NCBI RefSeq assembly: GCF_006345805.1
Contig: NC_042999.1
Location: forward strand, 172,422,001 to 172,486,000
Source of the DNA: Octopus sinensis
Lineage: Eukaryota
DNA: 64,000 nt
Reading direction: 5' to 3'
Part shown: one piece after another, positions 1-13,456 of the stretch
Numbering within the stretch: the first letter of the stretch is position 1
How the letters are laid out: each line of letters begins with the position of its first letter
Made by a program: the position numbers and the translations under genes
Notes under the pieces: generated by a model
What the model was told of the DNA's origin: nothing
The model's input: only the letters and a program-made list of their open reading frames with translations
The model's database searches: none

Positions 1-2620
1 ACAAATATAGTTTACTGCATGTGGGTTTGCTCGTGTCTGTATAACGCTCCATACACTGTCAGTATGTATGGGGTATTATTTTCAGTTTATTTTCATTCAA
101 CAATGAAGTGTATTTTTTAACAGATCATCAATTCGGAACAGAAGTTATTATCAAAGTTCAATTTACGTGAATGTAAAACATGATCTAAATAATAAATATT
201 TCGATAACGTTTGAAGAAAAAGAAGTAAATATGTCGTTACTATATTATTTTGATTTTTTTTTTGCCTGTTCCCGCCTCCAGTAACGAAATATTAAACATA
301 TATTGAATACCCCTTAAACAAATATTTTTTTCTACTCTTTTACAACTAAAATAAATTTTCTATCGGTAATCGTAATGTTCGTGACATTTGTATTTCTCTG
401 TGAAACCATATACATAAATGAAGATACAGGTCTTGACTCTGCACGATTTCTATTGTCCTGTGTATTTCTTGTTTCTATTTGTTCAATATAAAGAATAAGA
501 AACAACATGTTGCTATCGACTTCTTTCATTTCATCGAAGGACGCTTAAATAAACGAAACAAGTTGCTTCTATTTCTATAAATGAACAAAATAATAGATAG
601 TATGGAGGTTGCTAAGCAATAGTTCATCCAACATTAACATTAACACTAGCATACATTTACTCTTTCGCTGGTTTATCCAGGAAGAATTTCATATAATTAT
701 GGTTGCTAAAAGTGATATTTCTCCTATAAAGGATTGAAGCTACGAAAGAAATCTTATTTTATGACTACTGTGTCAATATTTCAGTTCCATTCAATCAGAA
801 ATAATCGCCCATGCAAAATGAATGATAATCTTCCAATAGTTTTTACTCTAAACTATAAGATTTTTTTTTTCTGGGCGAAGAGACTACAATTAGTTTGAAT
901 ATATTTCTCAGTTTGCGACGAATGTCTTTATCAACGTTAAACAGAATAGTTTGTTTCCTTGATTAATAAACCAAAATAGACGAAAAAGTATTCTGTACCA
1001 CACTAAATATTGTTAGCGAATTTCCCCCATTTCTCCAGAAAAGCGCAAACAAATACGATGTACATTAGGACGATGGTAAATAACTGTTTCAAGGTCGTCG
1101 TACATTGCTTTCAGATGTCAAAATCTCAAATTTCATAATACGTCACAATTTTAACTAACATTAGAACCAAAATGGTATCTTAATAATATTTTATGATGGT
1201 GTTGGTATTTCTAACTTAATTCTACAAATTATAAATTCACTTTTATCTATTTTCTATATTATGTTAGGTGTGAGAAAATAAATCGATATTCTTGTTTATC
1301 TTTTTCTTAATTCCGTCGATTTTCATTCATTTTTTATTATATTTCATACGATGTTTTTTTTTCTTTTTTTCGAGAATATGAGAGCTGGCATCACAATTTA
1401 CACCTCACCTGCCTATCAGTGACCACCACAACTGTATATGTAACAGTGCTCCTCTTCTCTGTCTATACCTTTATGTGTGTACTGTTTTGCGAATGAATAG
1501 TTTTATTGAAACACTTTCTAATACGCTCACTAGTTAAAAAATAGCATTCTCTCCTACATTTGTGCATTATACAGGGCATTGCTTTTGTTGCAAATTCCCA
1601 TTTTATCGCTAAAAATTTCTCTCAACCTCAACCTCTGAACTTCTCAGTAGTATTACGATATTTCTTAGTTCACCAGCATTAATCTCGTTGCAAAGTCATA
1701 TCTGTCTACCTATCTTTCCCTGAAGAAGAACTACCACGAAACGTAGCAAATTACTCTCCCAATTTTATTGGAACGTAGAAACATTTAACTTTACCTACTA
1801 CGCAACCCACTAATATATGTGTTTGTGTATGTACGCCTGCGCGTGTATATTTGCGTATGTGTGTGTGTGGTGAGCGAGAGGGAGAAGAGGAGGGAGGGAG
1901 AAAAAGAGAGAGAATTTTATTCACGTTACTGCTTTCATCCTGCTGCACTATTATATTTTCTTCTGCTCTTATATTGATGTATACTTCCGCAAGATTTGAT
2001 CAGCATATCTACATTATATAAACAATTGAAGTATAGCACTATATTCGGTTTTCAATAAACGAATGGTGAATGAAATGCAACTACATTGAAATCGGTACCC
2101 TGTGTTAGGCTGGTATATTTCTGAAGAATATGCATTGTATAAGTTGTATAGAATCTTTGCGTAATACTTCGAATAGGCATGTATTGTGGAAATGTTTGTA
2201 AAGAAGATTATAGATACATAGATTTGCTATAAGCATTTGTATATTTTCTTTTGTATGTTTCGTTTTGTTTCTTTATTGTCTCTCAATTGACATACCGGAC
2301 GCGTAGCCAAATCCATTAATGTATATCTGAAAAAAATATAAATTTGAAATATTTATAGAGATTCGAGTATAGCCTGCCTGCGTCACACAAGCATAGAAGC
2401 ATCAATGCTTAATTCATATTTACCTGTACATAACGTTGCATTAAAGGAGTGAAGGAGACTGCATAGAATGAATATATGACAATAATTTCAATACAAAATT
2501 ATAGCTTCAGGTCACTTTTTGGAAGCTATATATCATTGCGCAAACGTATAATCCAATGTTACTATTTTTTTCATTGTCATATTTTCACACTATAATTAAG
2601 TTATCTGGCTATGTTTTACT

Positions 2621-2678
2621 CTCTCTCTCTCTCTCTCTCTCTGTATCTACTACTCTCTCCTACTCTCTCTCTCTCACT

Positions 2679-2730
<52 letters not shown>

Positions 2731-2831
2731 GAGTGTATGTATCTATGTGTCTGTTTACATATATATGTATATGTGTGTGTATTTATATGTATATGTATAT
2801 ATATATATATACATATATACATACACACACA

Positions 2832-2864
<33 letters not shown>

Positions 2865-2902
2865 CATGCATATATATATATATATATATATACATATATA
2901 CA

Positions 2903-2956
<54 letters not shown>

Positions 2957-2990
2957 TTTCTATTTTTACGTACACAGACACATATGCGTA
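2621..2990. repeat. Compound microsatellite (CT)n-(ATCT)n-(AT)n
   Basis: Direct reading of the sequence; explains the overlapping IY/LSIY ORFs at 2611-3143. Confidence 0.97.
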
Positions 2991-4421
2991 TACATATGCG
3001 AGTACGCAGGTGTGTATGTGCCATTGTGTGATATATATTGCGAACATATTTTTAGACAGTCCCAGCCTAAAATTACGGTATGTATGCAAGGTAGTTCATT
3101 ACGTATTAAACACAAACTCCTTCGCATAAGCTCACATTCTTAGATTATTCTGATGTAGAGCAGAGCCAATATCTTCTCCTGTCCGTGATTTCCACAGTTT
3201 GAAATGATCATATATTAGAATTGCTACGTTTTATTCAATGTAGTAGTATCACGAATGAGACTAATCTAACGAAATTGTTCGTAAGTTACAAACTGAACAT
3301 AACCTCAAGTGCATTTTTCGATGCCATCATCAAGTATGTTGCGCATTTAGTGCATATTACATTCATTGACTCAGTTGTGTAAGAGAACTGAAAATGGAAG
3401 AAACAAAAATATTCCTAAATCGTGTAAATACAACTTTGTATTTAACTGAGCAACTTACACTTTTTCAACCACTGGGCATACAGGAATTCTTGGCGCAATT
3501 AATTTTCACATCATTGCAACAGATAAACTGAAAGATACCAAATAAACGATACCTGGCTTTGCTATCCGTTTATTTTCCAATGAAATCCAGAGAGGAATGA
3601 TTCATCATAATCAATATGATAAAGTACCTCTCGAAGGATGAAATATATGTTTATAATAAAGGAAAATTATTATTTAAATTTCACTTTGAAAAAAAAAAAT
3701 TAATAGTGAAATCCTAATCCATATAAAATTGCTATGCAATTAAGAACTTTAATGTACAATTTCTCATTAGTTTACATTATTTTGTAATGATGCATCTTTA
3801 ACAGAAACTTTGATATACTGTCTATTGATATGTTCAATGTCAGTTCAGGTAGTTGTCCCACGAAGTACATCATTAATTTATAAGTATAACATGTAAAAAT
3901 GAAGTAAACACGAAGTAAAGCAATATGTTTAGTGTAAAACAGAAAACATAAAGAATGACACGAAGTGCAAATATTTTCATTAAATCCTACACAAATAAAT
4001 TAGAAGTGGACAATGTAAATATTATAACGTGAATGAAGCAATTCAAGTTATTCTTCCAGAAAGATAATAAAACATTTACAATTGTTCTCCTAGTTATCAT
4101 TAACAATGTTTGTTTACATGAATCTATTGGATATTTGACGTCAATATAAACATTGCCATTTACAGTTTTTCATAGAATATGCCTGCTTTAGTTTGGAGTA
4201 TTTGATCAAAATCGAGATGGGCCAACCTCTGAAATCGTATTGTATTGAAAAGGAAAACAAGTGGCAAGGAAGAGATATCTAAAATTAATGCAGAAACCTG
4301 AGCTCAGAGGTTAAATTGCACTAATGCTTCACGGTATATTTTTTATATATCACTCAGCCCCCATCCCCATATCTATATGTGTATGTGTGTGTGGAGTGTG
4401 CATGTATGTATGTATATCTAG

Positions 4422-4483
<62 letters not shown>

Positions 4484-4985
4484 CAAACACATACATACAT
4501 ACATACATCCAAACGTTTATATATATATATATATTAAATATTCAGTTATGAAAACACTAAATATAAAATAATATTATTGATCAATCCTACCATCCAAATG
4601 TCATGCAATATCGATTAATTCTATTTATAGATATGCACTAAGTAGTTTATACACGGCAAAAAGTTCGTTGCTAAAGAATAAGAAAAGGATAAACGTATTA
4701 GCAGTGAAAGTTATTTTGTTCAATGACAAATCTATGTGCCTAAGAACCTATGAACTTGTCGCAGATCATCAATATGGTGCTTCTTCAAATTTGATCGAGA
4801 TCTAGCTCTGTCAATGTACAACGGAAATCAAAAAGTATCCACAATTTCGCCAAAACCTCCTTAATGTAGGCTCATCTGCAGCGCTCGCGTGCTAAAAGGT
4901 CGTACTCTTGTGGTTACATAATCGAAGTTAACGTTGATCTCTTCATCTTTCTTTCATGTCTTAATGAGTAAACGTTACCAATCCG

Positions 4986-6007
4986 ATGGCAAAATGCACT
5001 AAGGATTGTTTTGGTCTAAATGTGTGTCAAAGGTTGAAATTCATCATAAGCTTTAAGTATTCTACGGAGACTACGCTATTCCACTTAGAATATGTACAAA
5101 GGGTTTAAGAAGTTTGAAAATGCCGGATAAATGTGAATCCCGATGCAGGGCAGCTCTACATCAACGTGCATCACTGACGTAAAGATTTGACAAGCTTGAG
5201 AAATGGCTATGGCAAGCTAACGATTGAAAATCAATCAGTTAGATGTTCTCTGAAAATTAGTAATGTTTGTGCATAACAAATCATCGACGACAAGGTTCGC
5301 AACCGTAAAGTTTGAGCGAGATGAGTGCAAAGAAATCTTATCGAAGCGCATAAGTGCAATCGTGTTGAGATATGTCACCGCTTACTCAACCGACACAATG
5401 ATGAAGGCGAAGATTTTATAAGAGAGTAGTCACAACAGATAGGATCTGAATCCATCACTTTGAGCTAGAATCCAAAACATAGTATATAGATTGGAAATAG
5501 CCGGAATCGATAGCGAAAAAGAAACTCAAAGCTTAATGTTCCTCAGACAAAGTGATATTAAACATTTAGGGACAGCAAAAATAATTTATACTGGCACATT
5601 ACTTGGAAAAGGGCCCTACATTTACCAGGGTAGGCTGTAGTAAAATGCTAGCCAAAGAAACTAAAAACATCAATTCGCATTAAGCGCCGAGGACTAAGGT
5701 CGATGCAAGTACTATAGTTTCACAACATTGCCCACGCAGATACGGTCGCCCACATCGTTGAAACCATGGAAAGAATGCGTTTTGAGCTGTTGAAACACAT
5801 TGAATACAGTCCAGATCTGACAATCATCATCTTTTCGAACCACTCATAACATCCTTTACGTGGTCTTCGATTTACTACGGACGTAGAAGCGCTGGAAATG
5901 GTGCATAATTGGCTGCGCGAACAGCCGAAATCCTTGTTTTCCCATGGAATAATTCAGCTTTGGAGCGCTGAAAGTTGTACTTTGTAAAGATAGGTGGCTA
6001 TGTCACT
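4986..6007 (+). mobile_element. Degenerate mariner (Tc1/mariner, DD34D-type) transposase pseudogene
   Basis: Translation across stops and frameshifts gives MAKCTK..FWSKCVSKVEIHHKL (HTH start), QIIDDKVRNRKV*AR*VQRNL (WVPREL-like), KRVVTTDRI*IHHFELESK (first Asp block), FHNIAHAD (HDNARPH-like), EYSPDL (YSPDL motif), LRGLRFTTD..VHNWLREQP..GGYV (C-terminus). Confidence 0.9.
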
Positions 6008-6059
6008 GATTTCCATTTAATAAATTACAGAATGAGTGCGTATAATATCTGCCTTACGC

Positions 6060-6195
6060 TTGTGCATACATCCTTACATACCTACATATATACATACATA
6101 CATGCATAATACATATATAATACATAATTGCATACATACATATGTACGTACATACATACATACATACATGCATACATACATAATACATACATACA

Positions 6196-6229
<34 letters not shown>

Positions 6230-6258
6230 CATACATACATATATACATACATATATAC
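6060..6258. repeat. (TACA)n microsatellite
   Basis: Direct reading; abuts the 5' truncation point of the R4-like element. Confidence 0.97.
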
Positions 6259-8010
6259 ACCCCTTGTCATTCATATTAAGGAAGTCTGGAGGATATCTCG
6301 CTGGTTCACAAGGAAACAGAAATACCAAAATTACACACTTTCTTTGTAAATGGCTCAGAACTCTATGTAAAGAATATGCATGAGATGAAAAAGAGCCTTG
6401 ACCTAGTTACAACATTCTCAAAGGATGTAGAGTTGGAGTTTGGTCAGGATAAATGGCGTTATATGGTTGTGAAAAGAGGAAAACTATAAACCAGACTAGT
6501 TACACCTTCATCGATGATTTGGTTGCTTCCCCTGTATCTGACGAGGGCGGATGAAAATATATCTTACAATGGCAACTGTAGCAAAACACCTGTCACTAAA
6601 GAATATTACAGACGAATAAAGAAAATTTGGATCTTAGATCTCTCTGCATTCAATAAAACAGTGGCCCACAATGTGCTTTCAATGTCAGTACTCATCGCAA
6701 CATTTGGGCTGCTTGATTGCACGCTTGATGAGATCCGAGCCATTGATGTGAAAACCCGAAAAATACTACCAAGCACACATAATTTCCACAGTGACGCAGA
6801 CCAAGCACACGTAATAAACAGTGACGTAGATCGCTTCTACCTAAAACGTGAAAAAGACGGCAGCAGCTTAACATCATTCCAAATTGCCTTTGAATGTCGT
6901 ATCATATCCTTTCGGCAACATCTTTTAATCACCAAACGTCGAAGTGCATCCTTTGCCCAAATAAGTCCCACGACACTACTGCAATATATCAGTCGATGAA
7001 AGGATGAGCTTATATGAGCAGAAGTCTATGCATGGATATGTTAGTAGAAACATATTAACATCGATCATCAAAACAGTTTATCATGTACCAATAGGCGGAT
7101 TACTAACTCTTACTTTCAACGGTATGCATTTCAAACAAGTAGCTGATGCACAAAAGGGACAGAGATGCAGGAACATCAGTAAAATGTGACAACCGATGCA
7201 GACTTTGTGAAGTTTACAATGAAGATATAACCAACATCATAAGCAGTTGTCCGAAAATGTTATGACGGTATTATCTACCGATGAGACATGACGTTGCAGC
7301 TAGGAACTCTGTAATGGAATCTGTCGGAAAGTTAAGTCTGTAGACAAAGAAATAAAAATCGACAATATGGTAGAAGCCATAACCACTCATAATAAAAAGG
7401 AGTCCTGGTGAAATGTATCAATGAAGACCTCAATAAAAGGTAAGCACAACATAATTGATATAATGATTTGGATAGAGAACAGAAGTGTGCATAATTGTGG
7501 GAATTAGCTGCCCAGCGGATGTTAGTATAAAGCTGAAGGTCAGTGAAAAAGAGAACACCTATGCTGAACTGTTGGGAAATACGCAGTTACTCTATCCAGA
7601 TTACAAGTTCAGGTTTATACCTGTATTTCTTGAGGTCCTGGGATACGTAAGAAACTGCCTAAATATCAATCTTGAGAAATTAGAGAAAGCTAATTCGGAG
7701 ACTGCAGATCCAATCCATAACTGGAACTGTAAAAATCTGTAAAACATTCCAGAAGGTTATCATTTAAATATATATGAACATGTCTAGATATGTAACTATA
7801 TGCATGAGAATACATACATAAAACATACAAACCTGCACAAACATACATACATAAATACATACATACACACATTCATACATACAAAAGTACCCCGTTGTTC
7901 ATGTTGAAATTCCAACGAGGGAACATTGGATCGAGGTTAGAAACCCGTTCTTTCTCTATTGTTAAAAAAATATTGAAATAAACTAAATAATGACATAGAG
8001 ATTCAATCCA
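6259..8010 (+). mobile_element. 5'-truncated R4/Dong-clade non-LTR retrotransposon (RT C-terminal half, CCHC knuckle, RLE endonuclease, 3' UTR), degenerate
   Basis: PLSFILRK..ITH, FVNGSELY (decayed FxDDLKLY), FSKDVELEFGQDK; ORF 6514-6999 KEYYRRIKKIW..EIRAIDVKTRKIL..NFH..DVDRFYLKRE; CRLC..EDINNIISSCPK..RHD knuckle near 7195-7290; CIIVGISCPAD..KENTY..LLYPDYKFRFIPV (RLE) at 7485-7680; AT-rich 3' UTR to ~8010. Confidence 0.88.
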
Positions 8011-8721
8011 TCACAGGAGCTGTAAAGTCTAGTTTATCATTTAAATATCTATGAGCATGAAAATGCATACATGAAGGAAAACATAAAAATCTGCACATAT
8101 AAATACATACATATATACATACATACATACATACATACATACATACATACATACATACATACATACATACATACATACATAAATACATAGATATATACGT
8201 GCATACATACGTATAACTGATGAATAAAAGAAAATAGAGTGAACGACGTTCTTTATTTTATATTAATACAATTGTTCCCACACTTCGTCATGCCAGCAGT
8301 TCATTGATGAGATGATATACTTATCGTATTGCGTAATCGTTACCATCCATCAAAGATGTAAAATGTGTTTCTTCAGTTGCTGAATAAGTCCATTGTTACA
8401 TCAGACTCTCATTTCACTCTGTACAAGAATGAATTCACAAATCAGTGTACTAATTGCTGCATGAAATAAAGAATGACATTCAGTTCATTTTGTCAATTTT
8501 ATGCAATTCATCTCTTGTATAGTGTCAGCGGATACTATGATATTCCAGATGTATATCGAACGGCAGGCGTTTTACCACTGTATGATGATATTCAGTAGCC
8601 AATACCTGTTAATGACCTTTCTGTAGCTTATTACAAGTCTTTCACCAAAACTGTATTGAACTCATGTATACATACACACACACATACATATGCATATATG
8701 CATATAAGCATATATATTTTT

Positions 8722-9146
8722 TATGCATCTGTAGCTGTGTGGTAAGTAGCTTGCTTACGAACCGCAGGATTCCGGGTTCAGTCCCACTGCGTGGCACCTA
8801 GGGCAAGTGTCTTTTACTATAGCCTCGGTCTGAACAAAGCCTTGTGAGTGGATTTCGTAGACGGAAACTGAAAGAAGCCCGTCGTATATATGTGTGCGGA
8901 TATATATATATATATAGGTGTGTGTATATGTTTGTGTGTTTGTGCCCCCCTCCCCCAATATCGCTTGACAATCGATGCTGGTGTGTTTACGTCTCCGTAA
9001 CTTAGCGGTTCGGCAAAGGAGATCGATTGAATAAGTACTAGGCTTCCAAACAATACGTCCTGAGGTCGATTATCTCGACTAAAGGAGGTGCTCCTATATG
9101 GCCACAGTCAAATGACTGAAACAAGTAAAAGAGTAAAAAGAGTATA
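8722..9146 (+). mobile_element. tRNA-derived SINE, family A, full length (head, internal (TA/TG)n linker, 3' body)
   Basis: A-box-like GCTGTGTGGTAAG and B-box-like GGGTTCAGTCCC; homologous copies at 16172, 40620, 53160 and 53785; tail ACAAGTAAAAGAGTAAAAAGAG. Confidence 0.88.
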
Positions 9147-9159
9147 TCTACCTTTCTAT

Positions 9160-9983
9160 AGAAAGCTGCTTGGCACAGAGTGACCATGAACTCTGCTATG
9201 CAGGCGCATTAACTTCAAACGTTTTAGTTCAATTTCATTCTTCACAGCAGTGATTGGAAATAAAGTATGTAGCTTGTTTTCGTTGCTTTGACCACGGCAC
9301 AGCTAGTTGAGCAGAGAATCTCCATTAAATTTTGCCAAAAGCTTGGCGATACCTGTTCAGATAACTACGTAAAAGTTTTCAAAAAGTTTTCATTGTTCTC
9401 AACACAATCAAGGAGACCCAAGTGTCTTCTTGATAAGCTGAAAGCAGTTTTTTCACAAACTTGGCAGACATGCGTCTCATACCCAAATCTTCAGTGATAA
9501 AAGATTTAACTTGAACGTAACTAATCTGCACATTCCTTGGTAACTTGGGGGTGGTGATTCGACTTTCCCCTCACAGGTCGATGCAGATCTGCGGTGCCTT
9601 TCTTAGCTCTGCTGGTTGCGGGTTTCCCTGAACGTTAGTCAATATCGACATTTTTTTCGGCCGTCTTGGAAACGTCTGCCCCACTCTTACACTTGTGTGC
9701 GGTTCATACACTCCTCTCCATGCACTTTCTGCGACTTTGTATAGGCTTCTAAGCAGGTATCACCATGACAACATTCTCTCTCATGGTCAATGCAACGTCC
9801 ACACGCTATGCCTCTTTCTTCAATACACTGCTGAACAGGATGGAAGTGAACTACAACGTCAAAAGGTAGTGCGCATGCATAGCAGAGGTTCAAGGTCAAT
9901 TTTTGCCAAGCAGCTTCACTCTGTGCGCTTTAGCTTAATTACAATGCCAACATTCATTATACTTATTGATCAGACCTCTTATA
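9160..9983 (-). mobile_element. Non-autonomous mariner derivative with an inverted duplication of its 5' end
   Basis: Minus strand starts TAAGAGGTCTGATCAATAAG (TIR) and encodes GDTCLEAYTKSQKVHGEECMNRTQV..ENNENFLKT; the plus strand at 9288 encodes EQRISIKFCQKLGDTCS; arms 9163-9375 and ~9735-9920 are imperfect inverted repeats. Confidence 0.85.
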
Positions 9984-10159
9984 GATGTGTGTGTTTGGTG
10001 TGTGTGTGTGTGTTTGTGTGCGCTTGTATGTGTGTATATTTATAAATATATGTATGTATGTATATTATTTTTAAGTCAGTCTCTATATATCTATTCCTCT
10101 TTTTATGAACATATATGTATACCATCCGATCTCACTCAAATCTCATATCATCAAGGTAT

Positions 10160-11205
10160 TTAAGAGGGCGATGAGATCCCAAATAATCCACTTTCTTGAA
10201 AGCAACAGACTGCTGAACACAACAAACATGGGTTCCGTAATTGAAGGAACTGTGTAACGCAGCTTCTGCATCGCTTCATGACATTTTGAGAGCCTTGAGA
10301 CAGGGCTCCAAGATCGATGTAATCTACCTTGATTTCAGTAAAGCATTTGACAGAGTTGATCATAAGATTCTCTTGTAAAACAATCCAACATTAGCGTCCC
10401 TAGCAAGTTCTACAATGGGTCAAGTGTTTCGTGACAGACATAACTCAACACGTTGTATTCGAAGGAGTAAATTCAAGCCCAGCCAAAATTAGTAGTGGTG
10501 TTCCACAGTGCACAGTGTTGGGCCCACTTTTATTCATCATCTATACTAATGCCATTACTGACATCATCAAGCACAGCAAGAAAAGAAGGTCACCAATGAA
10601 GTGGGTACCCGGACATGCCTTCAATCAGACCTACTGGATGTCATCCAATGGGTGGAAAAGGACAATATGCTGCTAAACGAGGACAAAGTTAAGTTAATCC
10701 ACTTCGAAAAAGATGATCCTGAAACTCCCATACACACTTCTTTCAGGTGAAACTCTCATAGCCTCCCAGAACATAAGAGACTTGGGAGTAATTGTGGACA
10801 GCAACGTAGGCTGGGTCGCTCATATAAACAGCAAAGTTGACATGGCCCGTAGAATGTGTTCCTGGATTCTCAGCATTACCCTTTTCTTCTCCACTTTTGC
10901 ACGAACACACCTTGAATACAGTTGGGCATTGTGGTCCCTTCACACGAAACAAAGTATCATGAATGTCGAAGTACCTCAAATGTCGATTTCAAAATAGATA
11001 GATGGCATGACAGGCCTTGAATATTTGAGTGAATTAGAACAGCTCATGCTTTATTCGAGAAATCCCGGATAAACCTCCTACACATGGACATGTCTCCTTA
11101 AACAAGAACTCTCTACTTGAATGAGCCATTTTATCCGAATCTTCATTTGAATGACTTGCCAGGTGGTGGTATCAAGTTGGACATGACCTGGGTCAATACT
11201 GCTTG
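10160..11205 (+). mobile_element. Degenerate CR1/L2-group LINE (RT and 3' end)
   Basis: DVIYLDFSKAFDRVDHKILL, SGVPQCTVLGPLLFIIYTN, IRDLGVIVDSN..HIN, LEYSWALWS, IPDKPPTHGHVSLNKNSLLE; the ADD motif is lost in a deletion; several frameshifts. Confidence 0.9.
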
Positions 11206-11207
11206 AT

Positions 11208-11217
11208 ACACACACAC

Positions 11218-11265
<48 letters not shown>

Positions 11266-11266
11266 G

Positions 11267-11298
<32 letters not shown>

Positions 11299-11387
11299 TA
11301 TACATTTATTTCTAATATAAGAATAAAATTTTCCAAACAAATTTTATCAGCGGCCAGCATGTTAAAAAAACCTTTCATTTATATAAA

Positions 11388-11428
<41 letters not shown>

Positions 11429-11540
11429 ACACACATACATACACACACATATATATATATATATAAATTTACTTCTAATATAAGAATAAAATTTTCCAAA
11501 GAAATTTTATTAGCGGCCAGCATGTAAAAAAACCTTTCAA
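11208..11540. repeat. Two-copy tandem duplication: (CA)n(TA)n plus ~73-bp unique block
   Basis: TTTATTTCTAATATAAGAATAAAATTTTCCAAACAAATTTTATCAGCGGCCAGCATG at ~11305 recurs with few changes at ~11467. Confidence 0.9.
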
Positions 11541-11789
11541 GGTGAAAATATAAACAATTGTAAAACAGGTCAAAAGAAAAAAAATTTCTATGCCAAAATG
11601 TTGAAAAATAGACCTTAGATCTTCTAATCACATACAATATTTTTCACTATAAATACACGCTGTATATTTATAGTGAAAAATATTGTATGTGCTTAGAAGA
11701 TCTAAGGTTAATTTTTCAGCATATTGGCATAGATATTTTTTGTAATCATATATATATATGCGTGTGTTCATGTCTGCGTCTATATGTGT

Positions 11790-11925
11790 GTCTTTTTGTC
11801 TACGGTTGTCTCCACCACCGCTTCACAACCGGTGTTGGTGTAGTTACGTTCCGTAACCTAGCCTTTCATTAGTAGTGCTTTGCCTGGCCACAGTCTAATG
11901 AATGAAAGAAGCAAAGGATAAAGCA
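11790..11925 (+). mobile_element. SINE family A, 3' body fragment
   Basis: CCACCACCGCTTCACAACCGGTGTTGGTG..GGCCACAGTCTAATGAATGAAAGAAGCAAAGG resembles 8950-9146. Confidence 0.7.
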
Positions 11926-12384
11926 TATCACTAATGCGTCACACTTAATCAATCACTTCTGATACCAACTGATAAGACTGTGATAGCTGTAAAATTGTTT
12001 GAGCATTTGACATGGATTTTCAACTACTTTTTTCCCCTGTGAATTAAGTTATATTCTTCTAGTAGTTTTTCTCTTCAGTAGTTTTCATTAATGTACTAAA
12101 CAATTATATACTCGAAAAGTTACGTAGGTTATGGAACACAAATGTCATATGTTCAAACAATAAATACCTATAATTAGACTGGCTAAACATGGTGAGTAGT
12201 TGATGATAAGTCTCCCACAGATGTTGCTGACATCGTTTCGTGTGCAAAGGATTTCCTGACAATTATGTATTTCCGATAGACAGCTCTCACGTCAATCACT
12301 GTTTCGCTTCTTCTAAACTCTGGAAAAATATATATACATTCATGATTTTATGTACACACACACACAGACACGCACACACACACA

Positions 12385-12423
<39 letters not shown>

Positions 12424-12572
12424 ACATATTATATATATATATATATATATATAAATACACACACTCACTCATGCGAAAAAACAGTAATACACAAATATAT
12501 TTCCCTGCCAGTGTACGTTGGTATATGAATGTTATATACACCACACACACACACACACACGCGCGCACAGAA

Positions 12573-12648
<76 letters not shown>

Positions 12649-12657
12649 CATACACAG

Positions 12658-12691
<34 letters not shown>

Positions 12692-12705
12692 CTGTGTGTG
12701 TGTGT

Positions 12706-13015
12706 GGAGGCGCAATGGTCTAGTGGTTAGAGCAGCGGACTCGCGGGCGTAGGATCGCGGTTTTGATTCCCAAACCGGGCGTTGTGAGTGTTTATTGAGC
12801 GAAAACACCTAAAAGCCCCACGAGGCTCCGGCAGGGGCGGGGGTGATTCCTGCTGTACTCTTTCACCACTCTTTCTCCCACTCTTTTTGTGTTGGCCTGC
12901 TCGCTTAGCCAGCGGGGTGGCGTCATTCGAAGGCTAAAACAATGCGAACGCATTGTGACCAGCCATGTGTAACTGCATCTGATGGACTGGTCGGTCACGT
13001 GATGGTAACGGTGAT
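12706..13015 (+). mobile_element. tRNA(Arg)-like SINE, family C
   Basis: Head GGAGGCGCAATGGTCTAGTGGTTAGAGCAGCGGACTCGCGG..GGTTTTGATTCC with A and B boxes, followed by a non-tRNA body ending GGTCGGTCACGTGAT. Confidence 0.85.
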
Positions 13016-13456
13016 ATATATATATATTTATACATCTCTGTGGATATACATACACATATATATATATACATATATGCATATGTATGTATGTATATATGTG
13101 TGTATGTGCGTTTATGTGTGTGTAAAAATTTTTGAAAGTGGCTTCTTTGCTACTTACTCTTTTATTGTTTTGAAAATCAGCACGTTTTCAACGATGTTTC
13201 TCATAAGATTGACAAAGGGAGTTGAGTTTAAACACAGGCGTTAAGACCCTATGAGAATGAATGTGCTCTACACCAAAAATTAAAGTGGTCTACACCAAAA
13301 GGAGAAATCGCGATATGGCTATGTGCGCTAGGTACATGAACCCCTTTGTCAGTCATTAAGTATAGTTCTTTAATGACTTTGGAGTTAAGTTAGCACCCCC
13401 CGCCACTTTCGTGACCTTTATTAATTTTGCCCATATTTATATATACATATATATAT

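Noticed and set aside
12706-12780. tRNA-Arg-like gene
   Set aside because: No proper acceptor stem, a degenerate B box, and it runs straight into a SINE body; it is a SINE head.
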